Below, piece by piece: positions 31,585 to 44,457 of a stretch of DNA of 64,000 bases (within the stretch, counting starts at the first letter, position 1; each line of letters opens with the position of its first letter). Source of the DNA: Eledone cirrhosa (lineage: Eukaryota); assembly GCA_964016885.1 (NCBI GenBank), contig OZ024743.1, forward strand, positions 184,264,001 to 184,328,000, given 5' to 3'. A program made the translations under genes and the position numbers. The notes under the pieces were generated by a model that was not told where the DNA came from, ran no database searches, and saw only the letters and a list, made by a program, of their open reading frames with translations.

Positions 31585-32825
31585 TTAAGTGGTCTCCTGT
31601 GTTTGTTATATTCCTTGTTGTTGTAAAATGTGGTTCGGGTTGGTGGTTGTAGATTGAATGGGGTGTTCCTGTACTGCGAGTATGGGTGTGTGTTTCTATG
31701 TGCCATGTTGTATTGTGGTGTTATAAGTGGCCTACGTTGTTGGTTGTATCGTGTGGTGTGGGTTTGTTGTGTATTGTGGAAGCGAGAGTTGAGAAAATGG
31801 TAATTACCTTGCTGTCCCCTTGAAGCGGGGAAGTTGTTACATCTATCATGGCGGTGGTATCTTTTCCCTATGTTTGACGATGAGGCATCCACGTAGTAGT
31901 TGAGTGATTTGGTATGGTGTCTCCTTGAAGGGGGAAAGTTGTAAATGTCATTCTGGGGGAGATGATTTCTTGGGTTTTTGTTCCTTCTTATGGTAGCGAG
32001 GTTGGGAAGTTCATCTTCGGTGTGGTGCTTCCTTCTTCGATTGTTAGAGGCTTGGGGGTTTGAGAAGTTGTTGTGCGGTTCAGTTATGGGTTTTCCTATT
32101 TTTATGAACGGGTTATTGGAGGTGTAATCCGTTTGAAAAGTCGATTCATAGTGTAGGAACCAAGCGGCACTTTTTTCCCAGCGTTGAAGGGATTTCAGTT
32201 CTTCTCTGTTGCAGTCCCCTTTCCATAATTTGGAGATCTTCTCTACCTTGGGGCCTTCAGTTTTGTTGTTGATTTCCAGGAAGATCTCTTCATCGATGGT
32301 TTTGATTTTTTCCTCATTTGTCTGGGCCCTCAGTTTAAGAAGTTCAATTTCTGTCTTCATTTTTTCCAATGCCATTCTTTCCCTAAGGTGTCTTTGAGGT
32401 TCGGGTTCATTTGGAATGGACTTTATTTGTAGTTTACGGGGGAGAGTTAGAGGGGTTGAGTTAAGCCATTTTTCATATATCTCTGCTTTGTTGTGATTTT
32501 GTATCATCTTCCAGAATGAGAACTTTCTGTCTCTGAGGGATTTGTTCCATTTTGGAATTGTTCGAATTTTCATTTTGTGTGAATCAATCTCACATGGTTC
32601 TTCGTTGGTTTTTCCTGGGTTGGTAGTAGTGAACATAGTTTGGATAGTATCGCAAAGGTTTTGGAGTTTGTCGCCGATTTCGGAGGGTTTGTATCCCGTG
32701 GCGGTTTCCTTATTTGTGGAGTCAAGTTTGTCGACCAGCAAAGATAGGTTGGTGTTGATTTTCTTGAGTTCCTGTAGGATCTCTTCATTTGAGTTGATGA
32801 GGGTTGTATCCGTTTTTGTTGGCAT
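31515..32825 (-). CDS. PLE ORF1, ~436 aa: probable coiled-coil N-terminal half, basic low-complexity C-terminus
   Basis: Uninterrupted ORF; ATG at 32825 (MPTKTD), just inside the 5' pLTR boundary; E/K/L-rich heptad-like stretches. Confidence 0.75.
   Translation of the reverse strand: MPTKTDTTLINSNEEILQELKKINTNLSLLVDKLDSTNKETATGYKPSEIGDKLQNLCDTIQTMFTTTNPGKTNEEPCEIDSHKMKIRTIPKWNKSLRDRKFSFWKMIQNHNKAEIYEKWLNSTPLTLPRKLQIKSIPNEPEPQRHLRERMALEKMKTEIELLKLRAQTNEEKIKTIDEEIFLEINNKTEGPKVEKISKLWKGDCNREELKSLQRWEKSAAWFLHYESTFQTDYTSNNPFIKIGKPITEPHNNFSNPQASNNRRRKHHTEDELPNLATIRRNKNPRNHLPQNDIYNFPPSRRHHTKSLNYYVDASSSNIGKRYHRHDRCNNFPASRGQQGNYHFLNSRFHNTQQTHTTRYNQQRRPLITPQYNMAHRNTHPYSQYRNTPFNLQPPTRTTFYNNKEYNKHRRPLNISRQPPYPNHFLDTAHRYRQTK
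31548..31554 (-). promoter_or_regulatory. Candidate -1 ribosomal frameshift heptamer U UUU UUA
   Basis: CAT TTT TTA in the ORF1 frame (H-F-L), inside the ORF1/ORF2 overlap; ORF2 is in the -1 frame. Confidence 0.7.
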
Positions 32826-33247
32826 TTTCTGTATCTCGTGTGAGGATATGATAGTTAAAAGAATAGAGGTGTAACACACAAGTTATTATATATTGGTAAA
32901 CGGAATAGAAAATGCTGACAAATTGTTCACAGTTGAAAAATGGTTTAATTAGGAATAAAAGAGTATTAGTGATTGTATGGGTTAGTATTCAGTTGTGGTT
33001 TTAAGTTTTTAAGTTTTTACCGGTTGTGCATTTCTAAATGCTTTTCAAAAATAATTTTGAGATAGAGTGTCCATGCTGTTTGCTCTGATCTGATTAGTTT
33101 TAGGAATTCTACCTGTTTTTATGTTAAAAAAGTGGCTCCAATTTGCAAAAATTATTGTGGTCAAAACAATTTTGATTGGTCGGTAGAGGTCATGTGAATA
33201 AAAAATTGGTTTTGCGCCAAGATTGAGAAATGACTCTTTCACAACAA

Positions 33248-33291
<44 letters not shown>

Positions 33292-33366
33292 TAGTAGTAG
33301 TAGTAGTAAGGTGTTCGATGTTATGATAATGGTTAGCAGCGATGTGTGTCAAATGGCTATTAAGAT

Positions 33367-33442
<76 letters not shown>

Positions 33443-33812
33443 CAGAGTAATTCGTGGTGGCAGGGATGGTCAGTAAGAATGTGTCTGAAAGCAATGGGGG
33501 GTATTTTAGCATGTCAAAAGATATTTTTCAGCTTTTGTCTTATACGGAGAAGTGCGTGTGTGTGTGTGTGTATATAAGTCTCTTTGTATGTTGATGTACG
33601 CGTGTGTATGTGTGTGTGTATATATATGTGTGTGTGTGTGTGGGTGGACCAGTATTTTTTTCCCCCAGGTAAAATGGTGTAAAATGGTGTACATTATTCG
33701 ATTTTTTCAGTAAAATCGGCTATCATACAATCACTAATACTCTTTTATTCCTAATTAAACCATTTTTCAACTGTGAACAATTTGTCAGCATTTTCTATTC
33801 CGTTTACCAATA

Positions 33813-34224
<412 letters not shown>

Positions 34225-35275
34225 AATATTTATTCAGGTTTGAGGTTCACCACTGTATAGAGCTGGTCTATTCCGTATGGTCAATCGTAATGCAATAATA
34301 TAGAGAGTACTCAACGTAAAGCAGTTCAACCGTCTTTGTTTTTGTAGTTGGTGGTGCTATTACGGAGTTAAATATTATAATGAAATGACAGGAGGCTGGA
34401 TTTGTGTAAATCCTTGAAAGGTTTATTATACTATGATCATTTCAATGACCGGGTTCCGTATGAATCCGGTGATATCATCAGGTATTCGAAATATAATACG
34501 TGAATGTAATAGATAAAATCCATGGGGTTGAAAATCGAGGACCCGAGGGCGACCGCTATTCTTTTCCTTCAACCTCAGCCGGTCGCCCTGGGGTGACGTG
34601 GCTAAAGTTTATAGTATGCTACTACCGGTCAGATAAAAGAAAACAGAAAGGGATGGGAGCATAAGTTAACGTCGATCTCATGACACAAGGTAAAAGAAAG
34701 AAAGAAAGGAAGGAGAGAGAAGAAGGGGGAAGAAAGAAGAAGAGAAGCCAGGGTTAATGTCAGCTAAAAGAAGAAAGGCAACTACTACCGGTCAGATACA
34801 GGCAAGCAAGAGGGGGAAGGAAGATAAGTCTGCGGGAGGAAGACAGGAAGAGGGGAGAAGAGAAGGAAGAGAAGAGAGAAATAGAAAAGTAAGGGTTGAT
34901 GGCTACAAGAAGGAAGATAGAAAGAATGTAAGTATGTATGTATACGTACATACATATATGTATACAGACGTACAGTAGCATGCATATATATATATATATA
35001 CATACAGGTACACATATATATATGTACGTATCAGTTTAGCGAACGTTTGTTCGTTTGTAAACAAAGGAACAAAGCGGGCGTTATAATAAACGTTCGCTAA
35101 ACTGATACGTACATATATATATGTGTACCTGTATGTATATATATATATATATATATATGCATGCTACTGTACGTCTGTATACATATATGTATGTACGCAT
35201 ACATACATACTTACATTTAAGTAAGTGCCGTACTAAGAGTGAGAAATGAAATTTCGTTTGATTATATTACAACTT
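34225..35275 (-). mobile_element. Probable PLE 3'-end fragment with HHR-like motif and fold-back (arms 34925-35048 / 35088-35217)
   Basis: Inverted arms seen directly; flanked by TA arrays. Confidence 0.55.
34439..34492 (-). ncRNA. Hammerhead-like motif (degenerate)
   Basis: ATTTCGAATAC-CTGATGA-TAT..ATACG-GAAC-CCGGTC-ATTGAAAT; GAAA altered to GAAC. Confidence 0.45.
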
Positions 35276-35320
35276 ATATATATATATATATATAAATATA
35301 TAATATATATATATATATAA

Positions 35321-35358
<38 letters not shown>

Positions 35359-35383
35359 TATATATATATATATATAAAAATAT

Positions 35384-35503
<120 letters not shown>

Positions 35504-35771
35504 TATATGTAGGAGGTGAGTTTTATTGTAGTACAATATGTTGATTTAAAACTGCACTATCCACAAGTGTTTTTTAGCCTTCATATCATGTTCTCCTGTT
35601 TTATCTGATGAAAACACAAATATTATTGCATGATAATGTTTGTTTTTGAAATGCGCATAATAAAATACATGGAACTCCTTTAACCATCTTTTGATCTTAT
35701 ATTATAAATATATATATATATAAATATATATATATAAATATATAAATATATATAAATATATATATAAATAT

Positions 35772-35841
<70 letters not shown>

Positions 35842-36032
35842 GGTTATGCACGAGTGCATTAAGGTTTTCCAGGACACAGTGTTATGTACCGTGTAGGGGA
35901 AGGTCACCTTACAACAGAGTGGTGCTCAACGAAATGCAGAAAATAGGTGTATATTCCAGTTTAGCTATACTCCGGGGCGTGTATAAAGAATCAAAAAGAA
36001 CAGAAAGATGCAGTAAAAGAGATTTATTCGGT

Positions 36033-36147
36033 TCTAACGTACGTTTCAATAGACATCAATTTGCCTAGATCTCGCTGCATCTATAATATTATATAGTTAG
36101 TAGAGCATTCGACATCCAATGCACAATCAATTCCATATCATCAGAGA
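36033..36147 (-). ncRNA. Hammerhead ribozyme motif, long stem II (family D)
   Basis: TCT-CTGATGA-tATGGA...TCTATt-GAAAC-GTAC-GTT-AGA; short stem I. Confidence 0.6.
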
Positions 36148-37303
36148 TTATGTTTACCGCACCAGAATGTTCAGGTTTTTATAGGAATTCATGTGATGTT
36201 GAAGTAGAGAAGAAGGAGGATGTGACAAAGACGAGAGAGATAGCGGGGTTTTTCATGGTTGTTGAGGTAAAACAGAGGGGGGGGGATAAAATACGATAAA
36301 ATACGATAATGAAGTCTAGATATGGACTAGTCCAACTGTGTGTGTGCTAGGGAGATGGTAGACGTTGATAGGTTTATGATCTATGATAGATGGAGGCAGG
36401 GGAGATTAGGCCGAGTGACTTGTAAAGTATGTAGGAGGAGATGTTGAATAGGGGAGATGTGGTCAATAGAAGGCATAGCAATAATCCATGGGGACAGATA
36501 GAGGAGGTAGAAGGAAGATAGAGGAAAGCAGAAGTCGCAGAATCAAATCAAGCCAGGTTTGTATTTCGAGAACGTAGCCTTGAGTCTGTGATTGCAATAT
36601 AGAGTCCTTTCCGTTCTGTTGTTGAGAAGAGTATAATTCGATTTTAGTATGTAAAATAGCTCCATATTGCATAATCGGCAGTAAGACTGGCCTGCACGAT
36701 ATGCGGAAGCACTAGAGAGTTTTGTCCATTTCAAAGTGTATTGCAGGTTACTTTCGCGCAACTGCCAAATTGTATTGGCTAAGGTAGTTACGGAACGGTA
36801 TTTGATGTTCTTCATCGAACTACGGTGTTGGTACCAACGAGATTTAAAAGTGGTAGAGGTACATCCGATATAGTGCCATCTCCGGTTATCCGATTCAACG
36901 GTGTATTGATACACCATATTGGATTCCATGCATTTGTTATTCAGAGGGCAACGATCAGGTAGGTTGCAGTTGCACTTATCAGCTCTTGTAGTATTATTAT
37001 CTTGTACAGGTTGCGTTAGGTTTACATGTGTGTCTGCTGCAGGAGGGTTTACATTCAGTGGTTGAGAGTTTGAGGAAGTGTTAATGTAGTTTGGGGTGCT
37101 TCGTGTGGATGTGCTGACTAATCGTTTGGAGTTAAGTTTTTTAATAATTAGATCGAGATTGGGTGCTGTAGAATATGAAAGCTTAATAGACCTTAGATTT
37201 AGTATTTTAGCGTATCGATGTGCAGGAGGAAAATGTGTTTTGATTAAATTGAAGAAAAGTGAATTCCTATAAAAACCTGAACATTCTGGTGCGGTAAACA
37301 TAA

Positions 37304-37418
37304 TCTCTGATGATATGGAATTGATTGTGCATTGGATGTCGAATGCTCTACTAACTATATAATATTATAGATGCAGAGACATCTAGGCAAATTGATGTCT
37401 ATTGAAACGTACGTTAGA
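37304..37418 (+). ncRNA. Hammerhead ribozyme motif (inverted duplicate, family D)
   Basis: Reverse complement of 36033-36147. Confidence 0.6.
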
Positions 37419-37465
37419 ACCGAATAAATCTCTTTTACTGCATCTTTCTGTTCTTTTTGATTCTT

Positions 37466-37514
<49 letters not shown>

Positions 37515-38275
37515 ATAATAATAAAATTGAAGACTAAAATCCAAAGAGGGAGTTTTGCGTCCGCGTGAGTGTGCAGGTTCGTACGTATGGTGGGTGTGTG
37601 TATATGTGTACTTCTTGTTTTAGTTGACTTACGTCTCCGAACATTCGTGTATTTATATGTAGGTATGCGTGTGCGCTTGTTATATACGTATTTATTTACT
37701 TATATAATTTTATATAATTATTTATTTATTTGTACACAAGCATACACACACACACATATTTATATGTGCGTGGTTTTTTATACCCATGGTAAGCTTTTGC
37801 GTATGCTTGTGTATGTACGTATCTGTTTGCGTGTATGTATTTATTTGTTTCTATTACTTCTGTATTGTATTTATTTACTTTGTTCTTAACTCTGTAGCGG
37901 AGATTCATTTGGTCTCCTAGTTTGAATTTTAGTCTATGATTTCTGCTATACCATTTACGTGGTTTTGTCTTTGCGTGCTATTGTTCTCCACGCTCCACAT
38001 ATGACTTATTATCTTCGTTTTTTCGTTCATTTCCAGAGAACGTCTCTATGCACCACCTAAGAGAACATTAGTCTACGACCTCTTTTATACCATAAACGTG
38101 GTTCTGTCTTTGCGCGTAATTGTTTTTCACCGCTCCTATTAATGACGTATTATTCGTTTTTTTCCCGTTCTTTGCCAGCGAACGTTACCACGAACCAAAG
38201 TATCGTCTTCCTGTCTTCCTCCGGTTGCAACGTTTTTTGAAATATCCAGTTCTGCGTTTACAGATTGACTTTGTT

Positions 38276-38326
38276 AGTTTCAGAAGATCCCGTTAAGGGT
38301 GAAAGCAGCGATTCTTTGCTTAAACT
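38276..38326 (+). ncRNA. Hammerhead-like motif with CAGAAGA core (5' pLTR)
   Basis: Same as 23456-23506. Confidence 0.6.
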
Positions 38327-38479
38327 TTAATCTGTTATTTTAATAAATATTTGCTCTACGGTTCTTATATATTTGATATATATTTTCCTTATCGAGCCCT
38401 CTTTGGATTTTAGTCTTCAATTTTATTATTATTACTATTTGGCTCCTTCGGTTGAGCACTCTACTGACTTATATTCATC

Positions 38480-40609
38480 ATGCAGAAACAACATCTGAAT
38501 ATTTCTACAAAGAACATACCCGTACCAAGCAGGAAAACATACCTAAAACTCCTGATACAGAAAACAGACGCGTTCATTAAAAGGTTGCGTTGGCGTGCCT
38601 TTTATTTCGATAATCCGCGAAAAGCAGACAACAAACAGGATAAATTTGGATTTAAAACTTATAATAACCCTCCGTGGAACCCAGCATTGCTACCCTTCGA
38701 AAATGATGTCTTGGATCTCATTCGGAATATCAAATTTCGGAATAGGAGCAATTCCTTCCAGCAAGACCTGAAGAATAGAATTCGTTCTATTAAGGATTCT
38801 AACGCCGTGCACGTCCATTCCGACAAAACTGGCAACCTATATCAAGTGGAGCGCAGTACTTACCATCAACTTCTACATAATGCTGTAACTAAGGATTACC
38901 GTAAAACTAATCGGTGCGTCATCAATGAAATCAACGATGCTGGGTTTAAAATCACATCTGATCTCAACATCCTGGACCGGACCGAACCTCTGGACCCTAT
39001 CTCTCCCCACTTTACCCTGAAGGATCACAAATCCAATTTTCCGAACAACCCCTCTATTCGGCTTATTAACCCTACGAAGTCCGATTTAGGTAGACTTAGT
39101 AAAACGATTCTTGATAGAATTATTCCTGAAATTAGAAGTTTGGCCCCTCTCGCACTGTGGAACAATTCTTTCGCGGTGATTGATTGGTTCAACGGCATAT
39201 GTAACAAGGAACATTGCCGTTTTATCCAATTCGACATCAACAATTACTACTCCTCCATCACTTTACCACTTCTCCTTAGAGCTATCAATTTCGCTAAAAC
39301 ACTCACAGTGGTTAAGGATTTTGAAGTTGATGTCATCCTTAATGCCCGAAAGTCGGTGATTAATTTCGACGACTCTATTTGGATTAAAAAATCCAATAGC
39401 ACCCCATTCGACGTGAGTATGGGCGCCAGTGACTCTGCGGAGGTTACTGATCTTATTGGCCTTTTCCTCCTTTTCTCTATCAAGGACGAATCCCCCAACG
39501 CGGGCGGTGGTTTGTACCGTGACGATGGTCTTTTGACCATGACTAAGTGCGGACCTCGTGCTTGCGACAGGTTCAGAAAAGAACTCACAGCCTTCTTTAA
39601 AGGCTTCAACCTCTCTATACAGGTTGAGGCCAATCTCTCGGTCGTTAATTATCTCGACGTTACCCTCAATTTATTGAATGGGTTGTATTACCCGTATAGA
39701 AAGCCGAATGATACGCTTAATTACATAAGTAAGCATTCCAACCATCCTGCCAGCATAACCAAGAACCTGGTAAGAAACGTTTCGTTGAGGCTTTCCCGTC
39801 TTTCCACCAACGAGCGCATTTTCAACGACCATTCCACTTATTACAATGAAGCTCTTGCTCGAAGTGGATTTGTCGATAAGGTAGCATATACAGAGTACGA
39901 AAATAGACCTAGAAGAAATAGATCCCGTCGCATTTGTTGGTTTAACCCACCATATAATATGGAGGTGGCCACACCATTAGCTAAGATCTTTCTTTCCCTT
40001 ATTACGAAGCATTTTCCCCCTACACATAAATATAGTAAAATTTTTAATAGAAATACTATTAAAATTTCTTACTCTTCGACTCCTAACCTTGCACATAACA
40101 TCACAGCTTCAAATTTAGCTAAACTACCTAACAGGAGGAACACGTGCAACCCTGTAGTTAGTACTAACTGTAATTGTAGGAATCGGGCTGATTGCCCCCT
40201 ATCCGGGAAATGCCTCTCTAGTAACATTGTCTACAAATGTAAGGTTGTAACACCCACGTCCCGTAGGGCCTACATAGGGTTAACCGCCAATAGTTTCAAG
40301 CAGCGTCTTTACTTGCATACCCATTCTTTTCGTTACCCTCTTAGAAGGAATATGACGTCACTTTCAGCTTATATCTGAAGTCTAAAAGACAACCACACCC
40401 AATATAAGTTACACTGGGAGATCCTAGCTAGGGCTAGATCGTATAACGGAAATAAAAGACCATGTGACCTCTGCGCCGCTGAGGCCCTGGAAATACTCTA
40501 CGCTACAGATCACATCTTATACAAAGAATCTGAGGCAATTTCGGCTTGTAAACATAAATTGCACAAAACTTTCCTGTATTACAGCCCCACGTTATACCCT
40601 AACGGATAG
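38480..40609 (+). pseudogene. PLE RT + GIY-YIG ORF, 709 codons with one in-frame TGA (40376-40378)
   Basis: STKNIPVPS, SDKT, INPTKS, FDINNYY, GLYRDDGL, CNC..CPL..C, IVY..YIG. Past the TGA the frame continues SLKD..WEIL..CDLC..E..CKH to TAG at 40609. Confidence 0.9.
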
Positions 40610-41537
40610 CACGATCTATACGTGGATATTTTACGTCCTGATGTGGGAGCTAAGTATATGTTTTGTTTATTCCTTTACTTATTTGCATAGGTAAGTATAT
40701 ATTACCCGTATGTTTTGTGAAGGTATGTATACCTTCTCGTACGTATATTTGACTGTTATAGCGTATAATTTTTACATATTTTGGTATTTAGGGTTTGGCT
40801 ATGTGTATACAATAGTTTTGCGTCCGCGTGAGTGTGCAGGTTCGTACGTATGGTGGGTGTGTGTATATGTGTACTTCTTGTTTTAGTTGACTTACGTCTC
40901 CGAACATTCGTGTATTTATATGTAGGTATGCGTGTGCGCTTGTTATATACGTATTTATTTACTTATATAATTTTATATAATTATTTATTTATTTGTACAC
41001 AAGCATACACACACACACATATTTATATGTGCGTGGTTTTGTATACCCATGGTAAGGTTTTGCGTATGCTTGTGTATGTACGTATCTGTTTGCGTGTATG
41101 TATTTATTTGTTTCTATTACTTCTGTATTGTATTTATTTACTTTGTTCTTAACTCTGTAGCGGAGATTCATTTGGTCTCCTAGTTAGAATTTTAGTCTAC
41201 GATTTCTGCTATACCATTTACGTGGTTTTGTCTTTGCGTGCTATTGTTCTCCACGCTCCACATATGACTTATTATCTTCGTTTTTTCGTTCATTGCCAGA
41301 GAACGTCTCTATGCACGACCTAAGAGAACATTAGTCTACGACCTCTTTTATACCATAAACGTGGTTCTGTCTTTGCGCGTAATTGTTTTTCACCGCTCCT
41401 ATTAATGACGTATTATTCGTTTTTTCCCGTTCTTTGCCAGCGAACGTTACCACGAACCAAAGTATCGTCTTCCTGTCTTCCTCCGGTTGCAACGTTTTTT
41501 GAAATATCCAGCTCTGCGTTTACAGATTGACTGTGTT

Positions 41538-41588
41538 AGTTTCAGAAGATCCCGTTAAGGGTGAAAGCAGCGATTCTTTGCTTAAACT
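41538..41588 (+). ncRNA. Hammerhead-like motif with CAGAAGA core (3' pLTR)
   Basis: Same as 23456-23506. Confidence 0.6.
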
Positions 41589-41612
41589 TTAATCTGTTAT
41601 TTTAATAAATAT

Positions 41613-41944
<332 letters not shown>

Positions 41945-42157
41945 AATTGTAAAATCAATCATTAATTGCAAATGGTATCGCTCGAATTCGAAACACTCCT
42001 CCCCAGATCTACAAAAGAAAGCGAGGAAAAGCGAACAATGGATCACGTGACTGATTTGAAGCATAATGCACGGGTTTTTTTTGTGCGTTTTGCTGGAAGT
42101 AGACTATTTTCCCTCCATTTTCAGACCATAAAACCTGCACATTACCTAGTGTAAGTA

Positions 42158-43785
42158 TTACCCCACTCTACCATACTTCGTTTTATATTCCTGGGCAGCT
42201 AATACCTTGCAGCTTGAAACCAGATGGTCTATGGTCTCAAATTGCTCATCACAGAATCGAAACTTTTGGTCAGTTCCATTTCTGATCACATAGGCTTGAA
42301 AGTTGCGCGTTGGAAGACACTGATCTTGTTCAGCCAAAATGAAGCCTTCACTCTCTGCCTTTAGCCCACAACTCCGCAGCCACTGATGGGTGAGAGCTTG
42401 ATCTACATCAGGTTCTTTGCTACGGAGAACATACTGCCCATGCAGTGGTTTTAATCCCATTTAGTGCAGTCTCCGTTGGCCTTCATATTTTACCAACATT
42501 TTGATATTCTTTGTAGTTTTAATTGCAGAGTCGCCATTATTATTTTCAAACTATATTCCCAGTTTTTCTGCAAACTTCCTACTTTCCTTTGTGACTGAAT
42601 ATAACCACTTCTTCCTTTTGTGGTCTGCAACCATTTTCACCATCCTCTATCTGTGGTTTAAAGGTACTGATTGAGTCCAATGGTCAATAACCTGTATGAC
42701 AGCTCTAGCTGGATCATTCCTCTACCTCCATTTTGTCTAGTGAGATAGAGGTGATCCACATCTGCTTTTGGGTGATGTATTCTATTACAGGTCAAAAGTT
42801 TCCTGATTTTGATGTCCATTCTCTTAATTTCGTTAACGTTCTAATTCATAATATTGAAACTGTAGGTAACAACAGGGATGCAAGCACATTTATGGAAGAT
42901 AATTTATTTCAAGAGTTAAGTTCTGTTTTCATGACAGCACGTACTCTCCGATAGCATTCCTCCCTGATTCTCTCTTTCATGCTGGCATGGTGAATACCTT
43001 GCTTCATTGATCCCTAGTTATCTGTAGGCTTGTTCTTGTTCTAGATCCTTAATTACTGTATTTACATATATTTCCATCGGGCTTGTGCTTGTCATTCTGC
43101 CTTTTTTTAATGTTTCTTTGGCGCATTTGTCCAGTCCACACACCATCCCTACATCATCGCCAAACACTTTGATTGTCTTCAGCAGTCCTCCCAGTTCGTT
43201 GCCATGTTTGGCATACAGCTTCAAGTCATCCATATAAAACAGGTGATTTATTGTTTTACTGTCTATTTTGTAGCCATATTTTGTTTTGTTGAGTGCTAAA
43301 GACAGCGGTGTGAGTTCAATTTAAAATATCAGAAGAAAATGAATCATCCTGAAAAATACCACAGTTCATACATATGCTGTTGGAATTCATAATTCCATCA
43401 CTGTGGCAATGATAGGTTTGTTGTATTTCAGGAAGTTTGATATTACTGGGGAAATCTTCAGAACATCCAAAGTTTTCAAAATCCATCACTGTCAAATGCT
43501 TTCTTATTGTCAATCCGAGCAGTACTCAAACCTCGTTGTTGTATGACAATTTTCCAGAATCACATGCTTAATGAGAAATTGGTCTTTACACATAGAAGAC
43601 CCACGGTGACAACCTTTCTGTTCAATGGGGAAAAGATGATTTTCATCCATAAATTTGTAGGTTGTCTCAGTCAAGATTGAGGTGAGAATTGTGTATGATG
43701 TGAGAAGGCAAGTGATAAGACAATACATTTTTGGAGAATTTGTTTCTGTCTAATTTGGCTAGAGATATGTGATACCTTGTACAAA
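42158..43785 (-). mobile_element. Decayed R4/Dong-like (RLE-type) non-LTR retrotransposon
   Basis: EQKGC, GIFQ.DS, MDDLKLYA, GLDKC, LHGQY, ESEGFI.A.QDQ, FC...ETIDHLVSSC. Confidence 0.8.
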
Positions 43786-43792
43786 CCAAAGA

Positions 43793-44040
43793 CGAAAGGC
43801 CAAGCCAACCTCGGCGGGACCCGAACTCACAGCGTAAAGGGCGGTAACTCTATGCGCAAAGCACACCCCGTCCGAATAATAGAGCCCCATCCCCACCCCA
43901 CCCCGCCGAGGTTACCTTTGCGTTTCATCCTTACTGGATAGATAAATAAAGAACCAGTAATGCACTGATGTCGGTTTAATCGACTTTGCCCTCCCCTTCA
44001 GAGTGCTGGCCTTATGCCTAAAGTAGAAACAATTATTCCT
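43793..44040. mobile_element. Two tRNA-derived SINE fragments (minus ~43793-43865; plus ~43905-44040)
   Basis: GCCGAGGTT..TTTGC.TTTCATCC core and TGCTGGCCTTATGCCTAAAGTAGAAACAATT tail, shared with other copies. Confidence 0.65.
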
Positions 44041-44265
44041 GTATTAGGGTTATGGTGGTGTTGGCAGCTGTGAGGTTTCACTTGAAGTTGTTAATTTTTA
44101 TTTTGTTAATGCTTCTGTGTTGATGGTGATGTAGTGGTTGTGGTGAGGATTGGTGTTGATATTCTAGGTTGTAGTTGTTGTTTATTACCAAGAACTTGGT
44201 GCCTAATGGTAGATAGGTTCATGGTGGCGGTAGCTGTTTTTTTTTAATTATAAATGAAATAATTA

Positions 44266-44457
44266 TTGGTGGATTGGCAGTATCGGTAGAGAGTCGGACG
44301 CCATGCTTTCCAGCATAGTTACGTACCTTTACGGTCTGAGTTCAAATCCCGCTGAAGTTAACTTTGCCTTTCATCCTTACGGAGTCGATAAAATAAAGTA
44401 CCAGTAATACAGTGGGGTAATTGCTGGCCTTGTGCCAAAAAGTAGAAACAATTATTA
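44266..44457 (+). mobile_element. tRNA-derived SINE
   Basis: A box TGGCAGTATCGG, B box GAGTTCAAATCC, core TTTGCCTTTCATCCTT.CGGAGTCGATAAAATAAAGTACCAGT. Confidence 0.8.

Larger units (their letters stand above)
27925..33812 (-). mobile_element. Full-length two-ORF PLE (Neptune-like) with direct pLTRs and a 5' inverted cap
   Basis: pLTRs 27925-~28940 and 32851-~33719; 33722-33812 is the reverse complement of ~32889-32979; (TA)n on both sides. Confidence 0.9.
35839..37469 (-). mobile_element. PLE family D (Naiad-like), 5'-truncated with inverted pLTR duplication (35982-36190 / 37261-37469)
   Basis: GIY-YIG fragment 36543-37260 (HFPP.HRY, CNC..CPL..C, VYQ..YIG..FKSRWYQH, CRLC.ME, CNH); ~208-bp inverted repeat. 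Confidence 0.88.
37511..41612 (+). mobile_element. Full-length PLE family B (Naiad-like) with ~800-bp direct pLTRs and 40-bp 5' inverted cap
   Basis: pLTRs 37551-38350 and 40814-41612 are nearly identical; 37511-37550 is the reverse complement of 38397-38436; (TA)n flanks. Confidence 0.92.

Noticed and set aside
35982-37469. 208-bp inverted repeats as DNA-transposon TIRs
   Set aside because: They enclose a PLE endonuclease fragment and contain the HHR, and the element extends beyond one repeat.
37569-37889. Duplicated hydrophobic 106-aa ORF (also 40832-41152)
   Set aside because: T/G-rich low-complexity pLTR sequence with a non-ATG start; duplication is explained by the pLTR.
40376-40378. 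In-frame TGA as selenocysteine (reported for some Naiad PLEs)
   Set aside because: It aligns to Trp in paralogues here (VLWQL, TIWQL), not Cys, so a TGG>TGA nonsense change is simpler. No SECIS was recognised.
44266-44350. tRNA gene
   Set aside because: A/B boxes are followed by a repeated SINE core and tail, with no cloverleaf.
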